A stretch of DNA of 64,000 nt from contig OZ253375.1 in assembly GCA_965261005.1 (NCBI GenBank), positions 1,248,001 to 1,312,000 on the forward strand, written 5' to 3'. The DNA comes from Deinococcus sp. (GTDB taxonomy: Bacteria; Deinococcota; Deinococci; Deinococcales; Deinococcaceae). Position 1 is the stretch's first letter. Each line of letters starts with the position of its first letter. Position numbers and translations under genes: made by a program. The notes under the pieces are model-generated. The model saw only the letters and a program-made list of their open reading frames with translations, made no database searches and was not told the origin of the DNA. This document shows, one piece after another, positions 34,240 through 47,426 of the stretch.

Positions 34240-34367
34240 GCCGCTCCTCCTTTTCTTTTTGGTTCTTTTCGGTCAAGGGAACGTTTGGTCAGGCTAACGC
34301 ACGCCGCGCCGCGCCAACGTGAAGCGCGCCGGCCCGTGAAGGCTTGCTCAACCGCTATGCTGCGGCC

Positions 34368-35162
34368 GTGCAGCAAGCTGCCCTCAAACTGACCACCCTG
34401 AACCTCAACGGGCTGCGCTCGGCGCTGCGAAAGGGGCTGGAAGGCTGGCTGGCGCGCGAGACGCCAAGTCTCTTGCTGCTGCAAGAGGTGCGCGCCGATC
34501 CTCAGCCGCAGCCCTTTCTCGACCTCGGCTACCACAGCGTTTGGGCGCCCGCCCAAAAGGCCGGTTACAGCGGCGTGGCCCTCTTGTCGCGCCGCGCGCC
34601 GGACGGTGTGGCGCTGGGCCTGGGTGACGCGGCCTTCGACGCCGAGGGCCGCGTGTTGCTGGCGCGCTTCGGCGACCTTGGCGTGGCGAGCGTCTACGTG
34701 CCCAGCGGCTCGTCGGGCGAGCTGAGACAAGCCTTTAAGGAGGCGTTTCTGGAGCGCTTCGCGGCCTGGACACAGGCCCAACTGGCGCGCGGTCCCCTGC
34801 TGATCGGCGGCGACCTGAACGTGGCGCACCAAGAGCTTGACCTCAAGAATTGGCGCGCCAACGGGAAGAACTCCGGCTTTCTGCCCCTGGAGCGCGCTTG
34901 GTTCACCCGGCTGCTGTCGCTGGGGCTGCACGACGTTCACCGCGAGACGCTGGGGCCGCGCGCCGAGTACACCTGGTGGTCGAACCGCGGCGGCGCCTTC
35001 GCCAACGACGTGGGCTGGCGGCTGGACTACCTGCTTTCTAGCGGGCTGGACGTGCGCGGGGCGAGCGCCGACAAAGCGGCGCGCCTGAGCGACCACGCGC
35101 CGCTGAGCGCCGTTCTCTGCGGCCCCGAGCGGGCCGTGCGGGCGCTCTCGGCCGCGCGCTGA
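34368..35162 (+). CDS. xth: Exodeoxyribonuclease III / AP endonuclease
   Basis: NLNGLRS, LQEVR, GYSGV, GDLNVAH, WRLDY, SDHAP; leaderless TATGCT box. Confidence 0.95.
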   Translation: MQQAALKLTTLNLNGLRSALRKGLEGWLARETPSLLLLQEVRADPQPQPFLDLGYHSVWAPAQKAGYSGVALLSRRAPDGVALGLGDAAFDAEGRVLLARFGDLGVASVYVPSGSSGELRQAFKEAFLERFAAWTQAQLARGPLLIGGDLNVAHQELDLKNWRANGKNSGFLPLERAWFTRLLSLGLHDVHRETLGPRAEYTWWSNRGGAFANDVGWRLDYLLSSGLDVRGASADKAARLSDHAPLSAVLCGPERAVRALSAAR

Positions 35163-35370
35163 GGCCCGGATGCTATACTGAGCGCGGCCGAGACGGGCGC
35201 CGCGCCAAGGTGCGCGGGCGCCCCGGCTTTGAAGCGCCGAACGACCAGATTGGTGCGCGCAACGCGCGAGCTTCTGACCAGAACTCAATCTGACCCAGAA
35301 CCCAATTTGCGCACGAACCCGACCAGGTTCTTGCCCGTTCGTGACCGGCGCCCAGACCCATAGGTGTTGA

Positions 35371-38955
<3,585 letters not shown>

Positions 38956-38976
38956 CGTTCGGAGAAAGTAAAGAGC

Positions 38977-39004
38977 GGGCGGGCTGAATCAGCCCGCCCC
39001 TTTT
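38977..39004. terminator. Hairpin terminator between rnr and the convergent methyltransferase
   Basis: GGGCGGGCTG-AAT-CAGCCCGCCC followed by CTTTT. Confidence 0.75.
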
Positions 39005-39681
39005 CACGTACTACAGAGGACCAGCTCGGCGCGGTCCTCGAAGAAGTCCTGGCCGGCGAGAGCGGCGGACACGGCTTTGCGGACGCGCCGCCACTCGTTC
39101 GCGTCCGGGTCAAAAGCGCTTCGGTAGCTGTCGAGCAGGGCCAGCACGTCGTTTGGAGTGAAGCGCACGGGCGCGCTCAAGCACTGAATCTTGGGCACGA
39201 GGCCGGCCGCTTTGAGCAAGCCGGCCAAACGATCCTCCAATAGTTCGGCCGGCACCTCGCCTTTTTCACGGGTCAAACCCCAGAAGTTCGCCAAATGTCC
39301 CGAGCTGTTGCTGGTGGCGACCAGCCGCCCGCCAGGGCGCAGCACACGCCGAGCTTCCGCCAAGGCGCGCGGCGCGTCCAGGTGGAACAGCGACTGAAAA
39401 AAACCCACGGCGTCGAACGTGTTGGCGGCAAACGGCAGGGCTTCGGCCGCGCCAACGAACCATTCCACGTCTGTTTCCGGCGGCCGTACCAAATCGAGAC
39501 CGACCAGCCGCCCCGCGTGTCCATTCACGCGCAGCCGCTTTAGCAGCGCTCCCTTCCCGGCTCCCACGTCGAGCAGGTCGGCTCGTGTGGATAACGCCAG
39601 CACCCGCAGCAGCCGCTCTTCGAGGCTGGACCCGAGGGCGGCGCGGTCCAGCAGCGCACGGCGCCTCTCGTGGGGCGTCAC
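39004..39681 (-). CDS. Class I SAM-dependent methyltransferase (Methyltransf_11-like)
   Basis: LLDVGAGKG motif I, GLDL, AEALPF..TFD, RRVLRPGG; GTG start overlaps the jetD stop (GTGA). Confidence 0.85.
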   Translation of the reverse strand: MTPHERRRALLDRAALGSSLEERLLRVLALSTRADLLDVGAGKGALLKRLRVNGHAGRLVGLDLVRPPETDVEWFVGAAEALPFAANTFDAVGFFQSLFHLDAPRALAEARRVLRPGGRLVATSNSSGHLANFWGLTREKGEVPAELLEDRLAGLLKAAGLVPKIQCLSAPVRFTPNDVLALLDSYRSAFDPDANEWRRVRKAVSAALAGQDFFEDRAELVLCST

Positions 39682-40820
39682 CCCTCCACCTTCCTCACGA
39701 CGTCCTCGACGAGTTCGGGCAGCAGGGTTTCCTGATGGGCGCCCCTGTTGCGGCGCAGCATGGCGGCCACCAGGTCGGGAAATAGGGCGGCCTGCCCCGC
39801 CACCTCTGCCCCCACGGGAACGCCGCCCGAGCGGGCCAGGGCCATGTCCAAATCGGGCGCATCCATGCGCCACGGCCGGACGCGGCGGCCCAGTGCGCCC
39901 ACCAAGCGCGCGGCGATGCGCAAACCGCCCAAGTCGAGGTCGCAGCTGACCCACACCTCCGTGCCGACCGTACATTTGGACAGCAGCGCCATGCCTGCCG
40001 CGCTGGGCTGGCCGGAGGTGCACAGCAGCGTCGCCTCTGTACCCAAGGCGTCCAGCAGGGCCTCGAACGGGGCCGGGTTCTCGACGATCCAGAGCGTGTT
40101 GTTCAGCGCCGAAACTTTGTCTAGGCGGTCCACCTCGCGCCACGGCAGCCACAGCGCCCGCCCGGAGGTCGCCTTCAGCCAGCTTTCCCCGCACAGATTG
40201 GCGACCAGCACGCTCGACGACACGCCGTCGCGCGGGGGCGGGGCCAAGTCCAGGGTCAGGTAGGCCGCTTCCAGCAGCTGACCGGCCGGGCGGTCGGGGT
40301 CGAGGGCGTGGGCGTCCCCGGCGAGGTTAGCCGCCAGCACCGGCAGACGCCCGGCCGCTTGGTCCCTGAGCACGTCCAGCGCCCGCGCGACCAGCAGCAA
40401 CTTCCCCGGCAAGTCCGGCTCGTCCAACATGCGGCGCAGCAGCCCGGCACCGGCCTCGCCATGTTCCAGCGCCGCGCGCCACTCGGGATCGGGCACGTCG
40501 GCCAGCAGGACGGCAAAGGCGGCGTCCCGGTCAACCCTCGCTTGACGCCGAACGACAATGGGGCCGCCGTTCAGCGCCTCCAGCACCTCTGGCAACCCGA
40601 CCCCGTAGCGGCTGCGCCGCAGCGCGGCGTCCACTTCGGCGAGGTCGAGCGTACACGTGTCCCGCCCGGTCAGCCGGAAGAGGGCGTCCCAAGCGGGCGC
40701 GGCGAGCTGCGGGCGGCTGCGGCCGAGCGCGCCGTCGCGCTTGTAGCGGGCCAGCGCCGCCTCCAGCACCGGGCGCAACCCGGCGCGTTCCAGCTCGGCC
40801 AGCGCTTCCCCCGGCCTCAC
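39678..40820 (-). CDS. jetD: Wadjet type II JetD-like Toprim nuclease (TIGR02679-like)
   Basis: GDAHALD, IVENP (Toprim Glu), CTSGQPS, CDLDLGGLRIA (DxD), HQE. Confidence 0.85.
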   Translation of the reverse strand: MRPGEALAELERAGLRPVLEAALARYKRDGALGRSRPQLAAPAWDALFRLTGRDTCTLDLAEVDAALRRSRYGVGLPEVLEALNGGPIVVRRQARVDRDAAFAVLLADVPDPEWRAALEHGEAGAGLLRRMLDEPDLPGKLLLVARALDVLRDQAAGRLPVLAANLAGDAHALDPDRPAGQLLEAAYLTLDLAPPPRDGVSSSVLVANLCGESWLKATSGRALWLPWREVDRLDKVSALNNTLWIVENPAPFEALLDALGTEATLLCTSGQPSAAGMALLSKCTVGTEVWVSCDLDLGGLRIAARLVGALGRRVRPWRMDAPDLDMALARSGGVPVGAEVAGQAALFPDLVAAMLRRNRGAHQETLLPELVEDVVRKVEG

Positions 40821-40822
40821 CC

Positions 40823-43800
40823 TTACAGCCCCAGTTTGGCGCCGTCCTGCTGCGCGCTGCCGTTCCACACGAAGCTCAGGCTGCTCACGCCGTCCCCCTT
40901 GCCGGAGCTGGCCCGAAACAGCTGATAGGTGGCGGCGGCCGGCAAGGCGCGGCTGAGGTCGATGCGCCGCTCGCTGGTGGCGATCCAGCTGAGATCGAGG
41001 GCGGTCATGACCTCGTATAAGGCGCCGATGTTCTCTAAGTCCATGCCAGCAAAAGCCTCGTCAATGCCGACCAAGCGCGGCACCTCCGGCCCCAGCGAAT
41101 CGAAGCGCGCGCCCAAGGCGGCGAACAGAAAGGTGTACAGCACCGCCGAGCGCTCGCCGCCGCTGCGCTGGGCAAAGGCGCGGTCGGTGATCTCGCGCCG
41201 GCGCGCGCTCGTTTCGTCCTTGTCCACCAGGGCGAAAAAGCGGAAGCCGTACCACTCGCGGTAATCGAGGGCGCGCTCCAGGGTCTGCGCGAAGGAGACC
41301 TCGGGACTTGGCACCTCGCGCAGGCGGCGCACCAGGGCGCGAACCTCGGCGCGCACGGCGGCCCTCCAGCTGTCGGGCTGGTGAATGGGGGCCGTCTTGC
41401 CGTCCAGCAAACCGGCCAGCGCGTGCTCGTGGCCCGGCTCGGAGCGGTTGGCGTGCCACTCCAAGTCCAGCCGCTCGCCGTGAAAGCGCAGCTTGCGCAG
41501 GGTGGCGCGCACGCTCTCCACCCACGTTCGCGCGTCGCGCAGACGTTGATCGAGGTCTTCGGTGAGCACCTCGATCAGCTCGTCGCCGAACACCCGCGCC
41601 TCCTCGTCCGACATCAAGTGCTGGGCGCGGCTCAACTCGGCGGCCAGCGACGCCAGCAACTCGTCGGGAGAGGCGGGCTGGCCGTCCAATCGGAAGCGCG
41701 GCCCGTTCGGCGTAAAGGCGGGCGCGAAGCTCTCGGGCGTCTCCAGGCGGTGCTTGTGCAGCTCGAACACGTCGCGCGAGGCGGCGGCCGAGGTGGCGGC
41801 GGCCCGCTCCAGGGCGTCCACAGGCTCGTCCGAGGTCAGGTCCAGCTCGCCGAGACGCGGGTGGGCCGAGAGGGCGGCGCTCAGGCGCGCGGCGGCCCCC
41901 TCCAACTCGGCCTGCCTCGCGCTCAAGTCGCGCTCCAAGGCGGGCAGCTGCTCGCCCAGAATGCGCAGACGTTCGCGCGCCCCGGCCAGGCGCCGCGCCA
42001 GGTCGTTCCGTTCGCGCTCGGCCGCGTCCAGCGCGGCGCGGGCGCGGCGCAGTCGGGCGCGCACCTCGGCGGCGTCGGGGGTTTCGAGCTGGGCGCGCAG
42101 GTCCCTCAGGGCGTCGGCGAGGGCGTCGCGGGTGACTTCCAAGCTGGCGCGCTCGCCCGTCAGACGCTCCCCCTCCGCGCGCGCCTCGGCCTCGCGCTCG
42201 CGCAAGTCGGCCAGCGTTCCCTCGGCGCGCGTGACGGCCGCCTCTACCTCGCGCGCCCTCCTCGCCTCTTCCCCGGCCGAGCGCCAATCCTGCCGGGCCA
42301 CCTCGAAGCCGGGCCGCCCCGGCTGCGGCACGCCGAGCCGTTCAAAGGCGCCACCGAGGGCGAGCAGCGCCCCCTCGGCCTCGCGCCGGGCCACTTGCAG
42401 GTCTCCTGAGGCGCGGTCGTGCGCCTCGGCGTAGAGGGCGAAGGCGGCGCGCGCCCGGTCACGCTCGGCGGCGGCCCGCTCGCGCTCGCGGGTCTCGGGG
42501 CGAGCGCCTTGCAAGCGCGCCCAGGCTTCGGACAGCCGCCCGACTTCGGCGCCCGACTGCGCCTCGCGTTCGCGCGCCCCGTCCAGGGCGTTTTCCAACT
42601 CCCCAATCTGGCCGGCCAGCTCCTCCAGCTGCCGCCCCCGCTCGCGCTCGCGCGCCGAGCTGCCCAGGTAGCGCAACGTCCCCGCTGGCGCGCCGCCCGC
42701 CAGCAGACCGGCCACCCAAGCGCCGTCCGGGGCGACAAAGGGTTCGCCGGTTGGCCGGGGAGCGAGCGAAATGGAGCGCAACAGGTCGAGGGTGCCCGCT
42801 GGAGCGCCGTCCTCCGGCTCTAGCACCTCGGCCAAGCTCTCGGGAGCGGCCCCGCCCGGCAGCAGCAGCGCGTCCGCCAGCTGTTCGGCGCGCAGCAGCT
42901 CCAGGGCGCGTTCCCGCGCCTCCGGCGCGACCAAGAGCGCGCTCAGCAAGCCGGCCGCCTGCAAGCCCGCCTCCAGCTGGCCCAAGCTCGCCCCGTCCCC
43001 CTTGGGGCGCACGGCGGCGTAGAGCGGCAGGTGGGCGATGCCCGCCCCGGTCAGCAGTTCCTCCGCCCGCGCCCGGTCCGCCGGCAGCGCCGGAGCGGCC
43101 TCCCCGCCCGCCTCCAACTCGGCCTGACGCGCCCGAAGGTGCTCCAGGTCGGTTTCCAAGGCGCGCCGAACGTCACGCGCCGCGTCCAGCGCCGCCCCGG
43201 CCGCCCCCGATAGTTCCGCGAAGTGCGGCTGCAAGATGTCCAGCGCCTCGAAGGGGGCGCCCTCGCCCTCCAAAGCGCTTTGGTAGGCGTCCAACACTTC
43301 TTCTGACGGCCCCAGCCCCTCGCTTGCCAAGTCGGCCAGGTTCGCGGCCGTCTCCTGCAAGACCGCCTCGAAGTCGGCGGTGCGGGCCTCCAGCGCCTCA
43401 CGCGCCCCGGCGGCGCGTTCCTCGGCGCGCTTCGCCTCGGCCTCGCGGTCGGAGAGGCGTTCGGTGTCGCGCTCAAAGGCGCGCAGCGCCCCCTCGGCGG
43501 CGTTCAGGGCGCCTTCGCGCGCCGCCAAGCTGGCCGCGCCGGACCACCACGGCCGAACCTGCAACGCCGCGCGCACGGCCTCCAACTCCGCGCCGTCCGC
43601 TCGCAGGCGGTCGGCCACCTCGCGCGCCCCAGTTTGAGCGCGGCTCAGGCGCTCCTCTTCCCGCCTCTGTGAGGAGCGGTTGCGCTCTAAGTCGCGCCGG
43701 GCGCCCTCCAGCTGGTCCTCGACCGACTTCAGCGCGCCCTCGGCGTCGTAGACTTGGCGCTCCAAGGTCGAGACCTCCACCCGCAGGGCGTCACCGTCGC

Positions 43801-44794
43801 GGGCCAGCTCTCCTTCGCGGGCGGCGTCCGTTCGCTCCTCGGCGGCCAGCTGGTCACGGGCTGTCAAGGCCTCGCCCAAGCGCACCCGGCTAACATCCAG
43901 CCCCGCACGCGCCAACCGTTCGCGCGCCGCCGCCAGGGTGGCGCCCATACGCACCCCCTCAAAGTGCGCCCCCGCAATAACGCGCGCCGCCTCGGCCTGG
44001 CCCTCGACCAACTCCAGGCGCAGCGCGTGGCGGTCAATGCTCTCGATACCTTCGCTGAGCTGGCCCAGCACCCCTGGCGACACCGGGGGCAGCGAGCGGC
44101 GCAGCAGCAGCTCGATCTGGCTGGGCCGCACCTCGCGCCCCAGCTTGGAGCCGCGCACGGTCAGCAGCAGCTCCAGCAAGTTGCGGTAATCGGCCTCGCT
44201 CGTCCCCGCGCCGAAGAGGTTCTTGCGGACCAGCGCGGCGTACTCCTCCTGCCCCTGCACGACCGCGCCGCCCAGCTTCTCAATGCGCTCCCCCAGGGCG
44301 CGCGGCGACAGCGGCAGGTCGTCTTGCAAGAGGGACAGCCCCCCCTGCGCCTGCACCCGGCCCGGCAGAAAAAAGCCCCACTTGCGAATCTCGCGGCTGC
44401 CCTCGCTGGCCTGTAGGCCCAATCCCACGGTCTTGTGGTCCCCCGCCGGCGACACGAACTCCAGCGCCAAGTAGGCGCGGCGGTTCTCAAAGGCAAACCC
44501 CGCCTCGGCGTCGCCCAGCAGGTAATAGCGCACCGAGCGCCGCGTGCCGCCGAAGGGGTCGAGGCGCGCCGGGCTGGAGTCGCCGTCGAGCAGCATGGTG
44601 ATGGCCGCCGTCAGGCCGGTGGACTTGCCCGAGCCGTTGTGCCCGGTCAGAAAGAGGCGGCCCTGCACGAAGTGAAAGACCTGGACGTTGTACAGCCAGT
44701 AGTTCACCAGGATCAGGCGGGTCGGCAACAGGCCCTTGGTTTGGCGGCTCAGCAGCGCGTCCAAGTCGGGCCGGGTAAAGAGGCTGGCGGTCAT
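40823..44794 (-). CDS. jetC: Wadjet type II JetC SMC-family ATPase (TIGR02680-like)
   Basis: Walker A GHNGSGKST, long coiled coils around a central hinge, LDYREW, signature SGGE, Walker B IDEAFAG. Confidence 0.9.
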   Translation of the reverse strand: MTASLFTRPDLDALLSRQTKGLLPTRLILVNYWLYNVQVFHFVQGRLFLTGHNGSGKSTGLTAAITMLLDGDSSPARLDPFGGTRRSVRYYLLGDAEAGFAFENRRAYLALEFVSPAGDHKTVGLGLQASEGSREIRKWGFFLPGRVQAQGGLSLLQDDLPLSPRALGERIEKLGGAVVQGQEEYAALVRKNLFGAGTSEADYRNLLELLLTVRGSKLGREVRPSQIELLLRRSLPPVSPGVLGQLSEGIESIDRHALRLELVEGQAEAARVIAGAHFEGVRMGATLAAARERLARAGLDVSRVRLGEALTARDQLAAEERTDAAREGELARDGDALRVEVSTLERQVYDAEGALKSVEDQLEGARRDLERNRSSQRREEERLSRAQTGAREVADRLRADGAELEAVRAALQVRPWWSGAASLAAREGALNAAEGALRAFERDTERLSDREAEAKRAEERAAGAREALEARTADFEAVLQETAANLADLASEGLGPSEEVLDAYQSALEGEGAPFEALDILQPHFAELSGAAGAALDAARDVRRALETDLEHLRARQAELEAGGEAAPALPADRARAEELLTGAGIAHLPLYAAVRPKGDGASLGQLEAGLQAAGLLSALLVAPEARERALELLRAEQLADALLLPGGAAPESLAEVLEPEDGAPAGTLDLLRSISLAPRPTGEPFVAPDGAWVAGLLAGGAPAGTLRYLGSSARERERGRQLEELAGQIGELENALDGAREREAQSGAEVGRLSEAWARLQGARPETRERERAAAERDRARAAFALYAEAHDRASGDLQVARREAEGALLALGGAFERLGVPQPGRPGFEVARQDWRSAGEEARRAREVEAAVTRAEGTLADLREREAEARAEGERLTGERASLEVTRDALADALRDLRAQLETPDAAEVRARLRRARAALDAAERERNDLARRLAGARERLRILGEQLPALERDLSARQAELEGAAARLSAALSAHPRLGELDLTSDEPVDALERAAATSAAASRDVFELHKHRLETPESFAPAFTPNGPRFRLDGQPASPDELLASLAAELSRAQHLMSDEEARVFGDELIEVLTEDLDQRLRDARTWVESVRATLRKLRFHGERLDLEWHANRSEPGHEHALAGLLDGKTAPIHQPDSWRAAVRAEVRALVRRLREVPSPEVSFAQTLERALDYREWYGFRFFALVDKDETSARRREITDRAFAQRSGGERSAVLYTFLFAALGARFDSLGPEVPRLVGIDEAFAGMDLENIGALYEVMTALDLSWIATSERRIDLSRALPAAATYQLFRASSGKGDGVSSLSFVWNGSAQQDGAKLGL

Positions 44795-44800
44795 GGCGGT

Positions 44801-44809
44801 ATGCTACCA
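44801..44809 (-). promoter_or_regulatory. Internal extended -10 (TGGTAGCAT) 6 nt upstream of the jetC ATG
   Basis: Same geometry as the other leaderless promoters in the window. Confidence 0.55.
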
Positions 44810-44811
44810 AC

Positions 44812-45921
44812 TCAGGTCCGCGTGCCCACCCGGCGCCCGCGGCCACCCGACCGGCCCTCCTCGCGGTAGCCGGCCTCGAAGCGCGCCAGGTGCGGCTCAA
44901 TGGTGACGCCCGAGGGGTCATCCAAATCAGTCAGGCCGCCCCAACTGCGCCACAGCGCCAAGATATCCCGCAGCAGCCTTTCGGTGCCGGTCTTGCCGCC
45001 CTCGCCCCAGCGGGTGCGGTGTTCGGCGCGCACGGCGTCCAGCAGGCCGTAGAGCTTGTTGTGCGACACCCGCAGGCGGCTGGCCGCGTCCGGAACGAGC
45101 CGGCCCGCCTCCACCTCCGCGCGCAGCGCGCCCAGCAGCAGCAGCGCCGCCGCCGACACGACCGATCGGCCGGGCGACCAACGCGCCGCCTGACCGCGCA
45201 CCTGGCCGCCGCGCAGCAAGGTGGCGTAACTGGGGTGGAGTTCCAGCGCCCAACCGAGGGTCTCCTCCAGTTCATGGCGAAGTGCGCCGTCCTCCAGGGC
45301 GGCGTAGGCCCCCGGATCGTCGGCGCGCAGCAGCGCGGGGCCGATGAGCAGGGCGCGGGCGGCGCGCTGGGCGGGAGTGGGCGGCAACTCGGGCGGGCTG
45401 GAGATCAGGTAGGCCGCCCCCGCCGTGAACTCCAGGAGTGCGCCCGCCTGCGCCGCACCGCCCTCCCACCCTTGGGTCTGGTCGTCCAGCAGCCGCAGGG
45501 CGCCCAGCTCCCCCAGGGCGCGCACCGCCTGCACCAGGGCGCGGCGGCTGGTCAGCTCGCTGAAGTCGAGGCCGGACGGCTCGGCGATGGCCCCCGACAG
45601 CTCAGATAAGCTGAACTGCCTCGCCTCGCCGGGGCGCAGCCCCAGGTACTCGTGAAACCACAGCGTCCAGGCCAGCATGGCGCAGGCCCGCGCGGTCGTG
45701 AGGCTCCCAAAAGCGCGGCCCCCCTCGCTTTTTTCCGGCGCGGCGACCAAGCGCACCACCCCCGGCCCCACCTGCACCGGCCACCCCGCCACCCGCGCGA
45801 ACCAGGCGCGCACCTCCAGCCGCCAAGCGTAGACCTCACGAAAACCGTCCACGTCCTCTTGCAAGAGGGGGGTTTCCAAGAGAACGCGCAGGGCCTGTTG
45901 CAGGGCGCCGGGGGCGGTCAT
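44812..45921 (-). CDS. jetB: Wadjet type II JetB (KITE-type subunit; TIGR02678-like)
   Basis: ALRVLLETPLL, WF...GW, RRALVQAVRAL..LGAL, RALLIGP; ATG overlaps the jetA stop (TGATG); operon position. Confidence 0.8.
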   Translation of the reverse strand: MTAPGALQQALRVLLETPLLQEDVDGFREVYAWRLEVRAWFARVAGWPVQVGPGVVRLVAAPEKSEGGRAFGSLTTARACAMLAWTLWFHEYLGLRPGEARQFSLSELSGAIAEPSGLDFSELTSRRALVQAVRALGELGALRLLDDQTQGWEGGAAQAGALLEFTAGAAYLISSPPELPPTPAQRAARALLIGPALLRADDPGAYAALEDGALRHELEETLGWALELHPSYATLLRGGQVRGQAARWSPGRSVVSAAALLLLGALRAEVEAGRLVPDAASRLRVSHNKLYGLLDAVRAEHRTRWGEGGKTGTERLLRDILALWRSWGGLTDLDDPSGVTIEPHLARFEAGYREEGRSGGRGRRVGTRT

Positions 45922-47381
45922 CACTCGGCCTCGCCCAGCAGGCGCAGCGTCGCGCCGCGCTCCAACCACAGGTGCCAATCCGCGCCGCGCACCTGGGCCG
46001 GGTCGTCCGTCGGTTGCACCTCGATCAGGCGTCCCTCCGGCCCGGCGGCGGGGCCGAGGCTGCCGGCGTCCAGCCAACTCAGCACGTCGCGCAACATCTC
46101 GACGTCGGGCAGCTCCAAGTCGGCCAGGTGCAGCTCGCCGCCCGCGTTCTTGAACAGCGCCAGCAAGGCTTTTTGACGCTCGCGGTGCTTTCTGAGCGCC
46201 TCGCGGGCGGCGGCGCGCGCCTCGGGGCTGGTGCGACCGACCGAGGCCGAGGGTGTGGCCGCCAGCTTGCCGCGCACCACCGGCGTGAGCGTCACCGTCT
46301 CGATTGGCTCGCGCCACGGATCTGCGGCCGGCTCGGGCGGCACGTCGCCGCCGGCGTGCAAACCGGCGAACAGGTGCAGCTGCGCGCTCAGCAGCTCGCG
46401 GGCGCGGGCGGGGTCCTCTTCCCCCTCCAGCTCGCGCGCCAGGTCGGCCAGGGCGCCGGCCCGCCCCAGGCCGAGTTCGCGGGTGCGGTGCACCGCGTCC
46501 ACGTAGGCCAGCACTCGCGCCACCGCGCCGCGTAGCGCCTCGACGGCGTACTCCAGCCCGTCCCCCTCGCGGGCGGGCCGCGAAAACCAGCCTTCGAAGG
46601 CGGCGAACTCGCGCGCCAGCGTCGCCCTTGCCCGGCTGGCGTCCACCAGGTTCGCCCCCACCGTCAAACGGCCCGAGCGCGCCCGCGCCGCCGTGAGAAT
46701 AAAGCGCTCGCGCCGCGCCGCGCCCCACTCCGCCAGCCGCCCCCGCACCCGCCGCCCCGGCCCGGCCAGCTCACGGGCCAGCCGCTCGACGTAGGCGCGC
46801 ACCGCGTCCTTGAAGTCGAGAAAGTCGCCCAGATCCTCCAAGCTCAGGCGGCGCTCCAGGTTGACCGCCAAGTTGCGCGCGTCCCCCGACAAGGCCAGGA
46901 AGTCGCGGTTCAGCTCGTACCACAGCGTCTCGATCTCCTCGGCGTCGGCCGCTTGATCAGCGCCCGCCTCGTCCAGCAGCACTTCCAGCGCCTGCACGCG
47001 CGCCTCGATGTTGGCGACCACGCCCACGCCCACCGTCACGGCGTCCTCGGCGGCGTCGAGGCCCGTTTCCAGAAAGCCCTCGATGGCCAGGGCGCGGTTC
47101 GTGGCGTAGTAGAGGTCGCGCCGCCGCGCGTACTCGGCCAGGCTCGCCACCCGCCGGGGATCGCGCCGCTTGCCCAGGTTGCCCCAGGCCAGTAGCTGCT
47201 CCAGGTCCAGCAGGCAGGCGTCGAGCGTGTACCCCGCGCCGCCCACCGCCGCCGCCACGTCCTCGGGCGGCAGGGCGCCGCGCTGGGCGAGGTGCTGCTC
47301 GTAGAAGAAGCGCATGACCCGCCGGTACAGCTCGGCCTTGGGGGCCGTCAGGTAGCTGAACTCGCTCAGGGCGCCGAACAC
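45921..47381 (-). CDS. jetA: Wadjet type II JetA (kleisin; TIGR02677-like)
   Basis: FSYLTA..AELYRRVMR.F, LEQLLAWGNL, FLDFKD...YV; first gene of the operon. Confidence 0.85.
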   Translation of the reverse strand: MFGALSEFSYLTAPKAELYRRVMRFFYEQHLAQRGALPPEDVAAAVGGAGYTLDACLLDLEQLLAWGNLGKRRDPRRVASLAEYARRRDLYYATNRALAIEGFLETGLDAAEDAVTVGVGVVANIEARVQALEVLLDEAGADQAADAEEIETLWYELNRDFLALSGDARNLAVNLERRLSLEDLGDFLDFKDAVRAYVERLARELAGPGRRVRGRLAEWGAARRERFILTAARARSGRLTVGANLVDASRARATLAREFAAFEGWFSRPAREGDGLEYAVEALRGAVARVLAYVDAVHRTRELGLGRAGALADLARELEGEEDPARARELLSAQLHLFAGLHAGGDVPPEPAADPWREPIETVTLTPVVRGKLAATPSASVGRTSPEARAAAREALRKHRERQKALLALFKNAGGELHLADLELPDVEMLRDVLSWLDAGSLGPAAGPEGRLIEVQPTDDPAQVRGADWHLWLERGATLRLLGEAE

Positions 47382-47426
47382 GCGGGCAGTATAACGACCC
47401 GCCTATGCGATGTACAATGGCAGTGT
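47382..47426. promoter_or_regulatory. Back-to-back -10 boxes for jetA (TATACT, minus strand, 47388-47393) and the antitoxin (TACAAT, plus strand, 47413-47418)
   Basis: The boxes lie 6 and 8 nt from their respective start codons within a 45-bp intergenic region. Confidence 0.65.

Noticed and set aside
39004..39681. Restriction-modification DNA methyltransferase
   Set aside because: Lacks the (D/N)PP(Y/F) or PC catalytic motifs and is short; it looks like a Methyltransf_11-type enzyme
40823..44794. Calling the large ATPase SbcC, RecN or the housekeeping SMC
   Set aside because: No sbcD or scpAB neighbours and no CxxC zinc hook; the flanking kleisin-, KITE- and Toprim-like genes fit the Wadjet/Mks layout
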